64,000 bases of DNA, taken from an uncultured Bacteroidales bacterium (GTDB lineage Bacteria; Bacteroidota; Bacteroidia; Bacteroidales; UBA7960). The position numbers and the translations under genes are program-made. Every line of letters begins with the position of its first letter. The stretch's first letter is position 1. The stretch spans positions 5,089 to 69,088 of the forward strand of contig CAZTPA010000005.1 in NCBI GenBank assembly GCA_964614525.1. Reading direction: 5' to 3'. This document shows, piece by piece, positions 42,963 to 52,315 of the stretch. The notes below the pieces were generated by a model. The model did not search any database. It was not told the DNA's origin and worked only from the letters and a program-made list of their open reading frames with translations.

Positions 42963-43020
42963 GTATAGGGGTTTTTTTATGGTGTTGAAAAGACCGGAAA
43001 AACCGGCAAGAAATATCTAT

Positions 43021-44781
43021 TTAAAAAGCATAATTAACACCACCCAAAAAGTTAAATTTTTGAGTAGGATAATGCATCCATTTCTCCAATGATTGATTTT
43101 GTATATTGTTAAAATTAAGAAATACCGAAAGCCTTTTTGTATAGCGATATTCAAGACTAACATTGGTGTCAACATGAAAACCCTCTAATTCTATTCTAAT
43201 CGGATTGTCATTATTGTCAAAACCTCTGGCATAAGTAGTATTTCTGGCTAAAGCATCAAGGGAAAGAATCACTTTATCCTGAATATTATACTGGGCTCCT
43301 GCACTTACTACTACAGTTGGCAGATGCCATGCTTCAATTTCATTATCAAGGGCATATTCGTAATAATCAGAAGCAAGCCGCAGCCTGAATTTTTCACTAA
43401 TCTGAGTGAAAATCTCAGCACGGAAATTAAATCTTCTGATATTATCATATACCAATGTAAATTTATTGTTTAAAATTTCAGTAGTATCATTTACGAAGAA
43501 AGCATAATCTTCTATTTCAGTATTTGAAATGCTAAAATTATAAGCCACATAAGAACTTATTGAACCTTTAAAACCACCTGTTAAGTCAGCTTTTTTATTC
43601 ATAAATTTCATAGGGATATCCAGACCGGTGTTTATATATGGATTTATTTTGCTTACAGAATAGTAATCATATTTTTCCATGCCACCTGAAAAGGTACCGT
43701 ATGCAATAAGTACATTTTTAACAATGGAAGCCTCTGCATGCGCCTGTGGATAAAATTTCAGATAAGTGTTTTTATCTATTTGTGTTGTAACATTCAGCCC
43801 GATATAAAACTTAAATACATTGTATTGAGAATATAATTTAGGTTCCAGACTAATTAAACCTTTATTTGTTGTGTTTTCGGAAATTTCGGAGCTTACAAAA
43901 TCGGCTTTTGCTGAAAGTTTAAAATACTGTTTTTCTGCATAACCCAGTGGATCGGGTGGCAATTGTTTTCCTATATGTCCTTTTAGTGAAAAAAGCTGTT
44001 CTGTTAAATCATATTTATCAAACATATACCTGTAGTACATTGCTGCCGAATGATCAAGTTTTGAACTGTCAAGATTACTGGTATGATAATTTATGCCTGC
44101 TTTAAAAATATTAAAACTTTGCTTAATATCAGATTTTTTGATGTTTTGAATAGTTTCCAATGCTTCTTCATTGTCAACAAAATCATCTTTATGAAAACCA
44201 TAATAGTGAACCATATCCCTATTATAGTTCAAATCGGCATTTAATGTAATATTATTGCGATAAAACTTTTTCCCGTAAACGTCTATAAGATTTTTACTAT
44301 ACTGACTATATTCATAATCTTCGATTTCACCTGATGAGGATAAGTGCTTGGCTCTCACTCCATAAGCATATTCATTGGATCTTAATGTGTTATAAAAAAC
44401 TTCAGCATAAGGAGTTGAGTGAGTGCCAATACCTGCTTTTGCAAGTCCTTTGTATAGTTTTGTAAGCGGTTCTCCTCGCATACGAGCGGGATTAATTGGG
44501 TCAACCTCAAAATCGGTATTGATTTTCAAAGGCTTAATAGTATAATCCATATCTATATCCATGCTGATAGTGTCTTCGAGCTTTGGATTTTCGATTATTT
44601 TAAAAGCCTCAGATACGGTAGGTTTATACGGAGCAACTACTTGTATCTCGTCAAAGTCCAAATCCTGATTCTTATCCTGATCTTGATCCTGATCCTGATC
44701 CTGAGCATATGCAAATGACATAGCAACAAAAAAGCTTAGAATACTGATTGAAATATATTTTATTTTGAGCAAATTATTCAT
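43021..44781 (-). CDS. Outer membrane beta-barrel protein (often annotated TonB-dependent receptor-like), partner of the upstream TPR protein
   Basis: Signal peptide from MNNLLK (likely start 44781); VVAPYKPTVSEA; amphipathic strands; terminal FLGGVNYAF beta-signal. Confidence 0.75.
   Translation of the reverse strand: MNNLLKIKYISISILSFFVAMSFAYAQDQDQDQDQDKNQDLDFDEIQVVAPYKPTVSEAFKIIENPKLEDTISMDIDMDYTIKPLKINTDFEVDPINPARMRGEPLTKLYKGLAKAGIGTHSTPYAEVFYNTLRSNEYAYGVRAKHLSSSGEIEDYEYSQYSKNLIDVYGKKFYRNNITLNADLNYNRDMVHYYGFHKDDFVDNEEALETIQNIKKSDIKQSFNIFKAGINYHTSNLDSSKLDHSAAMYYRYMFDKYDLTEQLFSLKGHIGKQLPPDPLGYAEKQYFKLSAKADFVSSEISENTTNKGLISLEPKLYSQYNVFKFYIGLNVTTQIDKNTYLKFYPQAHAEASIVKNVLIAYGTFSGGMEKYDYYSVSKINPYINTGLDIPMKFMNKKADLTGGFKGSISSYVAYNFSISNTEIEDYAFFVNDTTEILNNKFTLVYDNIRRFNFRAEIFTQISEKFRLRLASDYYEYALDNEIEAWHLPTVVVSAGAQYNIQDKVILSLDALARNTTYARGFDNNDNPIRIELEGFHVDTNVSLEYRYTKRLSVFLNFNNIQNQSLEKWMHYPTQKFNFLGGVNYAF
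44662..44704 (-). repeat. In-frame hexanucleotide repeat encoding (QD)n
   Basis: (atcctg)n-type units on the + strand; translates to QDQDQDQDQDKNQD right after the signal peptide. Confidence 0.8.
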
Positions 44782-44826
44782 TTTAAATCGGTTTTTTTGA
44801 TAAAAATATTCGTCAATAGTCAATAA

Positions 44827-47800
44827 CTATATGTTTCCGGATTGAAATTCAATTTCAAGAGTATCAGGTTTTGTTTCTTGTTTTTCCTGATCTTCTTTTT
44901 CTTCAATATCCTTCAGTTTTTGTTTAGCAAGATTATTTAGTTCATCGCCGTCATAATTTTCAATAATGCTTTGAAGAGTTTGCTTCGCCTGGAATACATT
45001 CTCAGTTTGCAGGTAATTGTCGGCAAGTAAGATAAATATTTTCGCCAACCAATAGTCGTAGGAAGCCATTTCATTAATATACTTAAAAATAAGTTCTTCA
45101 GATTTTTCATAATCACCTTTTCTGAATTCTATTAAAGCCAAATTATATTTAGCTTCAGCAGCCATCTCTGTTTCGCCCAGCTTGCTTACCTTTTCAAAGG
45201 TAGTTTCCGCATTTTCAGTGTCATTAAGAATCATATATGATTTTCCGGAAATAAGATGCGCTTCCTGTAAAATAATTTGAGGGGATCTCTCATCCATAAT
45301 TACTTTTTGTGCAGCATTAATAGCCTGCTCGAATCTGCTAAGCTTGAAGTTTGTTCGCATTTGCCCGATTTTTGCCTCCAACAAATTGTTACGTTGTTCT
45401 GCAACTTCTTCAAGGATAATGAAATTATTCAGTGCGGCTTCATAATTATTGAGTTTGTAGTTTATTGATGATGCTCTTAATGCCGCATTTTCAGAAAACT
45501 GTGATCTTGGTTGAGATAAAACATATTCATATCCCTTTAGAGCCACTTGCAAATCATTCATTTTAAAATCGCATTCAGCTTTATAAAATCTGGCATTTAC
45601 TGAAAATAAACCATTAGGAAATTGATCAATGTAATTAGCAAAGCTTTTTATTGCATTTGTGCAATCACCTTGCATATATCTTTTCTCAGCAGCAACATAA
45701 GTTAAAGTATCTTGTTGTGCTTTAGACATATCTGCAAACGGCAAATTTTCAGCATATTTAAAATACTCATCAACATTATCCATGGCCACATAAATATTCT
45801 TCATAAGAGTTAATGCCTCAATAGCTTCTTTTGTCCCGGGATATTGGTTTATGATAGATTTACAGACTTGAAGAGCTTTACTGTCTTCATTATTATTGTA
45901 ATAAATCAGTGCTGTTTTTAGTTTGGCATTTTTTGTATTACTGCTATTTGGATGCTGCGAGATTAATTGATTATAGTAGTTTAGTGCTTCTTGACTATTG
46001 TCAATAATCATATAAGTATTACCAAGTTCAAATAGAGTATTATCTTTAAAAGAAGTTTCAGGATACTGTTGAAGAAGTTTTTTCAGACTGGCAATTTTTG
46101 AATTAAAATCACCTTTTACACCTTCAACCAAGGCTTTTTGATAAATAGCATAGTCTGTATCAACAATTCCCAATGATTCCGCTCTTTTATAAAAATCAAT
46201 AGCACTTTCATAATTTTTCAACATAAAGTAAGCATCGGCAATTCTAAGGTATGCATCATTAATAAACCTTTGGTTATCAATATCTCCTCTGATAAATTGC
46301 CTGAAAGCTATTAGAGCATTAGAATAATCTTCTTGCTGAAACCATGAATACCCGATAGTGTAGTGTGCTTTTGGATAATAATCCAGGCTAAAAGCTCCGG
46401 GTGTCACAAGAAATTCATTGTGAGTTTCAATAGCTTCATCATAGTTTTCCATCCTAAAAAGAGCCTCAGCTTTCCAATACAAGCAAGAAGCAAGCAATTC
46501 AGCTTCTTCATTATACATTAGAGATTTGTCAAAATGTTCTATTGCTCCTCCAAAGTTTCCATTATTAAATAATTCTACTCCTCTGTAATATGCAATTCGC
46601 TGATATGCTTTTTTATATCGCGCTGTTTTTATTCCCGTTTCCTCTATAGATTCCAGAGCACTTTTATAATTCCTGGTAGTCATGTATAAATTAATAAGAT
46701 ATTCATGTGCTTTTTCTCTTCTGTGAGAATCCGGATATTCTTCAATATACTTTTGGAAAGCCAGTATGGCCTCATTATAAGGGTTATAAGAAAGCTCGAA
46801 TGATAATTGAGCATAATTAAACAGGGCATCTTCTTTTATTTGTGGAAAGAAATCCATTTTATAAGCAGAAACAAAAGCATTTCTGGCAAATCTTTTTTGA
46901 TCTGTTTTCAAATATGCGTCGGCAAGATGATAATATGCATTTTGAGCCAGACTATCTTCTTTGCGTGTTACTTTTTCCAGATTATCAATTGCTTTTTCAT
47001 ACTCTCCGGCATTGTAATAAGCAAATCCCAGCTGATAATTATCTTCTCTTGTAATGCTTGTTCTGGCCTGCTGTCTGAATGTTTCAAGAAAAGGTATTGC
47101 TTCTTCGTAATTTCCTTTTCTAAAATATGCCTCACCAATAAGCCTTGAAATTTCGGCAGATCTTTTAGTTGAGGATTCTTCGAGCAGGGGCGGGGCAAGC
47201 TCAATTACTTTGTCATACTTACCTTGTTTATAGTAAATATGAGTAATATAATATGGCACAATAGGCCCGAAATTACGGTCATCCTTTATTCTTTGAAATG
47301 ACAATAGAGCAGTTTCGTAATTTTTTTCTGCATACGCAATATGGGCATAATAATACTGAGCAGGTGCATAGAAAAGAGATGCCGGGCTTTTGATTTCGAA
47401 AAAATTTTGCTTTGCATTTTCTATATCATCTTTCATGAAATAGCTATAGGCTTTTTTGAATAAGACTTCTTCTTTTTCACGTTGACTTAGCTCAAACATA
47501 TCTACTTTCGCATACCAATATAATGCATCATCGTATGATCTCTTTCTGTAATGCAAATTACCCATTTTATAGCTTGCAATACCCTGCTTGGGATGAGTGG
47601 GGTGCTTATATATAAATTCAGTTAGGTAATGCTCTGCATCCGGGTGAAATAATTCAACTGCACAAATAGCTGCGTAATAAGTTGCATTTATTTTGATCTC
47701 CGAATTATTGTCATCTATTTTTTTTATAGTATTAAGAAACAGTTCCTGGGCAGCGCCGTACTTTTCTTTGTTAAATAATTCAAGAGCTAATCTATAATCA

Positions 47801-47898
47801 GCCTCGGGTTGTTCGTAAATGGCGGTTTCTTGTGCGCTAAGATTGCAAATAGCTATAACAAAGATACTTATGAGGAGAATTATTCTTTTTATAATCAT
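44827..47898 (-). CDS. Large periplasmic tetratricopeptide repeat protein
   Basis: Signal peptide; >20 TPR-like units (e.g. AYYHLADAY, ALFNYAQL, AAEAKYNLA). Confidence 0.9.
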   Translation of the reverse strand: MIIKRIILLISIFVIAICNLSAQETAIYEQPEADYRLALELFNKEKYGAAQELFLNTIKKIDDNNSEIKINATYYAAICAVELFHPDAEHYLTEFIYKHPTHPKQGIASYKMGNLHYRKRSYDDALYWYAKVDMFELSQREKEEVLFKKAYSYFMKDDIENAKQNFFEIKSPASLFYAPAQYYYAHIAYAEKNYETALLSFQRIKDDRNFGPIVPYYITHIYYKQGKYDKVIELAPPLLEESSTKRSAEISRLIGEAYFRKGNYEEAIPFLETFRQQARTSITREDNYQLGFAYYNAGEYEKAIDNLEKVTRKEDSLAQNAYYHLADAYLKTDQKRFARNAFVSAYKMDFFPQIKEDALFNYAQLSFELSYNPYNEAILAFQKYIEEYPDSHRREKAHEYLINLYMTTRNYKSALESIEETGIKTARYKKAYQRIAYYRGVELFNNGNFGGAIEHFDKSLMYNEEAELLASCLYWKAEALFRMENYDEAIETHNEFLVTPGAFSLDYYPKAHYTIGYSWFQQEDYSNALIAFRQFIRGDIDNQRFINDAYLRIADAYFMLKNYESAIDFYKRAESLGIVDTDYAIYQKALVEGVKGDFNSKIASLKKLLQQYPETSFKDNTLFELGNTYMIIDNSQEALNYYNQLISQHPNSSNTKNAKLKTALIYYNNNEDSKALQVCKSIINQYPGTKEAIEALTLMKNIYVAMDNVDEYFKYAENLPFADMSKAQQDTLTYVAAEKRYMQGDCTNAIKSFANYIDQFPNGLFSVNARFYKAECDFKMNDLQVALKGYEYVLSQPRSQFSENAALRASSINYKLNNYEAALNNFIILEEVAEQRNNLLEAKIGQMRTNFKLSRFEQAINAAQKVIMDERSPQIILQEAHLISGKSYMILNDTENAETTFEKVSKLGETEMAAEAKYNLALIEFRKGDYEKSEELIFKYINEMASYDYWLAKIFILLADNYLQTENVFQAKQTLQSIIENYDGDELNNLAKQKLKDIEEKEDQEKQETKPDTLEIEFQSGNI

Positions 47899-47960
47899 AT
47901 TGATGATTTTTTATTTAAAAAACGAAATTAAGTATATTTTAACTATGCCTGATGGTCTGT

Positions 47961-48026
47961 TTATCAACAATTAAGGCTATTTTTCAACAATTAAGCATTG
48001 TTATCAACAATAATTAATTATCAAAA
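47961..48026 (+). promoter_or_regulatory. Array of DnaA-box-like 9-mers
   Basis: TTATCAACA 47961, TTTTCAACA 47981, TTATCAACA 48001, TTATCAAAA 48018. Confidence 0.5.
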
Positions 48027-48059
48027 CGATTTAGAATAGGTTTTAGTGTGAAAAAAAAA

Positions 48060-48421
48060 GGCAGTCGATAAGCCGGGTTCTGTTAACGACCGAAGCCGTA
48101 GTTCTGTCATTTGTCTAGGATTAGGCTCACGCCTAATCTCCAACGGTCAACCCTCCGGGATTGGGCGGACAACCCTCTATCCCCGGTATATTTGACCTCT
48201 CAGCGCATAAGGTTTACCCACATATACAGTCACCTGCATATGTTGTGAGCTCTTACCTCACATTTTCACCCTTACCCCGCCAAAGACGGGGCGGTTGTTT
48301 TCTGTGGCACTTTCTCTCACTTCTTAATAAAAAGAAGTGGCTTCCCGTTAGGAAGTATGCTGTCCTGTGCTGCCCGGACTTTCCTCGTTCCATCTTTCAG
48401 AAACGCGACAGAATGACTGCC
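48060..48421 (-). ncRNA. rnpB: RNase P RNA (bacterial type A)
   Basis: Minus strand reads ggcagtc...GAGGAAAGTCCGGGC...ACAGAACCCGGCTTATcgactgcc; P1 helix ggcagtc/gactgcc closes the ends; U-tract follows. Confidence 0.96.
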
Positions 48422-48460
48422 TTTTTTGTTGGTTGGCATTTTGCAGTTGGTAGCTGCTTT

Positions 48461-49558
48461 TTAGCCGTTATTTTTATAGAACACTACTTCTGTAGCACCC
48501 ATGCCATATCTTGCATAAGAAGCATCGTAAAACTTAACTCCTTCAAAATTTCGCAGGTATTTATGAATTTCATTTTTTAATACTCCATTGCCCACACCAT
48601 GAATAAAGATGATTTTCGACATTCTCTCTTTCTTGGCCTGATTTAGAGCATTTGTAAAATAATCCATTTGTACTTTTAGCATATCTGCATTTGATATGTT
48701 ATTGTAGTTTTCTAAAAGTTCTCCAATGTGTAAGTCAATTTCCGCGATTTTATCATCAATTTTGTGTTTGTCGAGAAAAGACTCTTCCTTAGGTTCCGGC
48801 TTACTCGCTCTTTGTCCTTCATTTAACTTGTCCTGAAGTATTTTCGTTTGTTCTTCACTAAGAGCAGTTTCTTCATTCTTCAATGCCGATTGAAAATCTA
48901 CAAGTTTGCCAATATTAACAGTAAAAGCTTTCTTTCTTAATAGTTTTTCAAACTTAAAGCTTTCTTCCTTATATATTTTTATTGGTTTAAAATCTAGAAA
49001 TCCGCTAATTGGTTTTACAGGCATAACTTTATCCGATTTGAAAAATACTCCTTGCAGTAATGCATTTGCCCAAGAATTAATTTCTGACCTACCGATATTT
49101 GCCAATAAAATTTTTGATTCTGATTCAACAGAGCCATAGTCTTCACCGTGAAACTTGCCGGAGTCATTAAGAAACAATGCAAACAGCAGCTCATAAGATG
49201 TGTGATTAATCAGGTACAAATCAAGATTTCCTGATATAGGATTATCCTCAATCTCAGGAACCATCATTATATAAACACCTTCTGTTAATTGGTCTTCATC
49301 ATTATATGAAACATATATTGGAGATGAATCAGATTCCTCTTCTTCAGTTTCAAAAGTATTATGTCTTATCAATGTTGGTTCATCGGGATCATTGCTGCTG
49401 ATTTTTAAAAGATCGCCCACCATGGTTGGTATTTCAAAACCTTCTTCAATTGCAACATGCACAATCTGGTCGTCAACTATTTTAGTTATTATTCCTCCAC
49501 CTTTTTCATTCAAAAAAGAAACTTTATCACCTACTTTAAATCTATTCGTTTTTGCCAT
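48461..49558 (-). CDS. DUF2027 / Smr (MutS2-like) domain protein
   Basis: N-terminal FKVGDKVSFLNEKGGG; C-terminal EIDLH, IIFIHGVGNGVLK, YGMGATEV. Confidence 0.88.
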   Translation of the reverse strand: MAKTNRFKVGDKVSFLNEKGGGIITKIVDDQIVHVAIEEGFEIPTMVGDLLKISSNDPDEPTLIRHNTFETEEEESDSSPIYVSYNDEDQLTEGVYIMMVPEIEDNPISGNLDLYLINHTSYELLFALFLNDSGKFHGEDYGSVESESKILLANIGRSEINSWANALLQGVFFKSDKVMPVKPISGFLDFKPIKIYKEESFKFEKLLRKKAFTVNIGKLVDFQSALKNEETALSEEQTKILQDKLNEGQRASKPEPKEESFLDKHKIDDKIAEIDLHIGELLENYNNISNADMLKVQMDYFTNALNQAKKERMSKIIFIHGVGNGVLKNEIHKYLRNFEGVKFYDASYARYGMGATEVVFYKNNG

Positions 49559-49702
49559 TTAATTTATTGTTTAATCAATTTGCAAAATTACAAAAAGAAA
49601 CGCTCAATGTGATAAAACAGGTGAATTTTAGATTTTGCTTTATCTTTGAATCCATTATCTTTACAAACTATATAACTTTATATAAATTTTTCAAAGAATT
49701 CA

Positions 49703-51187
49703 ATGCAGCAAAAATTCATTAAAAATCTGCTACTACTATTGGTTTTGAACCTTTTGATCAAGCCTTTTTGGTTGCTTGGTATTGATCGCGCTGTTCAAAA
49801 CACAGTTGGAGCTGCCGATTATGGTTTTTATTTTGCTCTGTTTAATTTTTCTTTTCTCTTTAGCATACTTCTGGATTTTGGAATTACCGGTTTTAATAAT
49901 AGAAATATTGCCCGTCATGCACAGTTAATAAAAAAGCATCTTTCAAATATTATAGTTGTAAAATTGCTTTTATTTGTTGTTTATTTGCTTTTCACTTTTG
50001 CAGGCGCTATTCTTATTGGATACAGCAGAGAACAAATTTACATGCTGTCATTTCTTGCATTAAATCAATTTATAGCAGGTTTTATTTTATATCTGAGATC
50101 AAATTTGAGCGGCCTGCATCTTTTCAGAATCGACAGCTTATTGTCTGTTCTGGACAGAAGCCTTATAATCATAATTTGCAGCATTTTGCTATGGGGTAAT
50201 GTTTTGAGCGAATTTAAAATTGAATATTTTGTTTACGCCCAAACAGCTTCTTATTCTCTTACGGCATTAATAACATTAATGATTGTTATAAGAAAGTCTA
50301 AAATATTGGTGTTAAAGCTTAATTGGAATTTGCCTTTTTTTATAATGATTGTTAAGAAAAGTATTCCATATGCATTATTGGTTCTGCTAATGACATTTTA
50401 TTATCGTGTTGACAGTGTTATGTTGGAAAGACTTTTAGAAGACGGCTCTATATATTCAGGAATTTACGCCTCTGCTTACCGCTTATTGGATGCGTCAAAT
50501 ATGATAGCATATTTGTTTGCTGTTTTGCTTCTTCCTATGTTCTCGAGGATGTTAAAACAAAATCAACTTGTAAATGATCTTGTTAAATTATCATTCACAA
50601 TACTTTTTACAGCTGCCTTGATAATTGGTGTAACATCAATGTTTTATTCCGGAGAAATTATGCATCTCTTATATCATATGCATCCTGATGAGACAGTTGC
50701 AGAATATAATTTCAGGATTTTAGAATCATCGCAAGTCTTTGGTATTCTTATGATGAGTTTTATTGCAATTTCTTCAACATATATATTTGGCACTTTGCTT
50801 ACTGCAGGAGGAAAATTAAAACAACTTAATATTATAGCTTTGTCATGTATGCTGATAAATATAGCACTGAATTTTATTTTGATACCTTATATGCAATCTA
50901 CAGGAGCGGCCATAGCAAGTCTTTTTACACAAATTTTAGTAGCTTCGTCGCAAATTTGGCTTGTTCACAAATTATTCAGATTTCAAAAAAACTATAAATA
51001 TATTTTTAAACTAATAGGTTTTGCAATTGCTGTTGTTATACTGAATACATTATTTACATATAGTAATTTTGAATGGTATTATAATTTTGTTTTGGTGATG
51101 GTTTTAAGTTTGATAGTTGCGGTGGTGATAAATTTACTTCAACTAAAAAGAATATTCAAACTTCTTTTTGTTAATTTTGAAGCCTGA
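49703..51187 (+). CDS. Oligosaccharide flippase Wzx family
   Basis: ~12-14 TMs, LDFGITGFNNRNIA, YYRVDSVML, GIYASAYRL. Confidence 0.85.
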   Translation: MQQKFIKNLLLLLVLNLLIKPFWLLGIDRAVQNTVGAADYGFYFALFNFSFLFSILLDFGITGFNNRNIARHAQLIKKHLSNIIVVKLLLFVVYLLFTFAGAILIGYSREQIYMLSFLALNQFIAGFILYLRSNLSGLHLFRIDSLLSVLDRSLIIIICSILLWGNVLSEFKIEYFVYAQTASYSLTALITLMIVIRKSKILVLKLNWNLPFFIMIVKKSIPYALLVLLMTFYYRVDSVMLERLLEDGSIYSGIYASAYRLLDASNMIAYLFAVLLLPMFSRMLKQNQLVNDLVKLSFTILFTAALIIGVTSMFYSGEIMHLLYHMHPDETVAEYNFRILESSQVFGILMMSFIAISSTYIFGTLLTAGGKLKQLNIIALSCMLINIALNFILIPYMQSTGAAIASLFTQILVASSQIWLVHKLFRFQKNYKYIFKLIGFAIAVVILNTLFTYSNFEWYYNFVLVMVLSLIVAVVINLLQLKRIFKLLFVNFEA

Positions 51188-51268
51188 AAACACTAAACAA
51201 AGTTGAACACCCATATAACATATTGAAATAAAAAGAGTTAAACAAATATTAATAAAATAATTATTGTC

Positions 51269-52309
51269 ATGAAAGAAGTTCCAAGCAGTGATTTTGATAC
51301 TACAAACATATTCATGTTTTTTATTAGATGGTGGAAACATCTTTTTGTCATTTGTGTAATAGCAATTGTGGCATCTGTTGTTTTTTCTTCTCCATATTTT
51401 ATTACTCCTAAATTTGAAACACATGTAACTTTGTTTCCTGCATCTACTCATAGTATTTCCAGAGCTGTTTTGGGTGGTGGCGGAATGATTTCAACCCGTC
51501 AGGATTTTCTTCAATATGGTGATATCGAAGATGCAGAACGCTTGCTGCAATTATTGAATTCTTCTACTATAAGCGAAAGAATTACTGCAAGGTTTAATCT
51601 TCTCGACCATTATGAAATTTCCGAATCATCCTCATTTAGATATACACAACTTTCAAGAATGTATTCAAGTAATGTTTCTTTTAAAAGGACATCATATGGT
51701 GCTGTTGAAATATCGGTTAGAGATAAGGATCCTGTTATGGCGGCAGATATTGCTAATGAGATAGTTGCACTGGTAGATACAGTTCAAAATGAAATGCGTT
51801 ATGAGCGAGCTACAATGGCTCATGATATTGCCAAAAGTCAATATGAGAATTATCTGGACGAGATTGGACAAGCTGAAGATGATTTAACTGCTATTATGAA
51901 AAAAGGGCTTTACGATGTTGAGGGACAATCGGCTATGCTTATGCAACAACTTGCAAAAGATCTTTCCGCCGGAAACCAGAAAGGAGCAAATGCTATTAAT
52001 AAGCAATTAGATATTATCAGTAATTACGGTGGTGAATATATGCATCTGAAGAATTTTCTAAATGCTTCGGGTGAACAATTAAATAAATTGCATCGCAGAT
52101 ACCAGGAAACTAAAGCAGATCTTGAGAATTTTGTTTCATTTACTTTTGTTATAGACGATGCATATATTCCTGAAAGAAAATCTTATCCTGTAAGATGGTT
52201 AATTGTATTTCTTAGCACAGCAGCGGCTGCTTTCGCTGCAGTATTAGGTTTAATGGTATATGAAAACGTAGTAAGTAAAGGATTGCTTAAGGTTAAAAAG
52301 AGCAAATAA
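51269..52309 (+). CDS. Wzz-type polysaccharide chain length determinant
   Basis: Two TMs flanking a periplasmic coiled domain; DKDPVMAADIAN; IDDAYIPERKSYPVR. Confidence 0.85.
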   Translation: MKEVPSSDFDTTNIFMFFIRWWKHLFVICVIAIVASVVFSSPYFITPKFETHVTLFPASTHSISRAVLGGGGMISTRQDFLQYGDIEDAERLLQLLNSSTISERITARFNLLDHYEISESSSFRYTQLSRMYSSNVSFKRTSYGAVEISVRDKDPVMAADIANEIVALVDTVQNEMRYERATMAHDIAKSQYENYLDEIGQAEDDLTAIMKKGLYDVEGQSAMLMQQLAKDLSAGNQKGANAINKQLDIISNYGGEYMHLKNFLNASGEQLNKLHRRYQETKADLENFVSFTFVIDDAYIPERKSYPVRWLIVFLSTAAAAFAAVLGLMVYENVVSKGLLKVKKSK

Positions 52310-52315
52310 TTTCTA

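Noticed and set aside
48161-48580. 139-aa + strand ORF
   Set aside because: Antisense shadow of RNase P RNA and the Smr gene end
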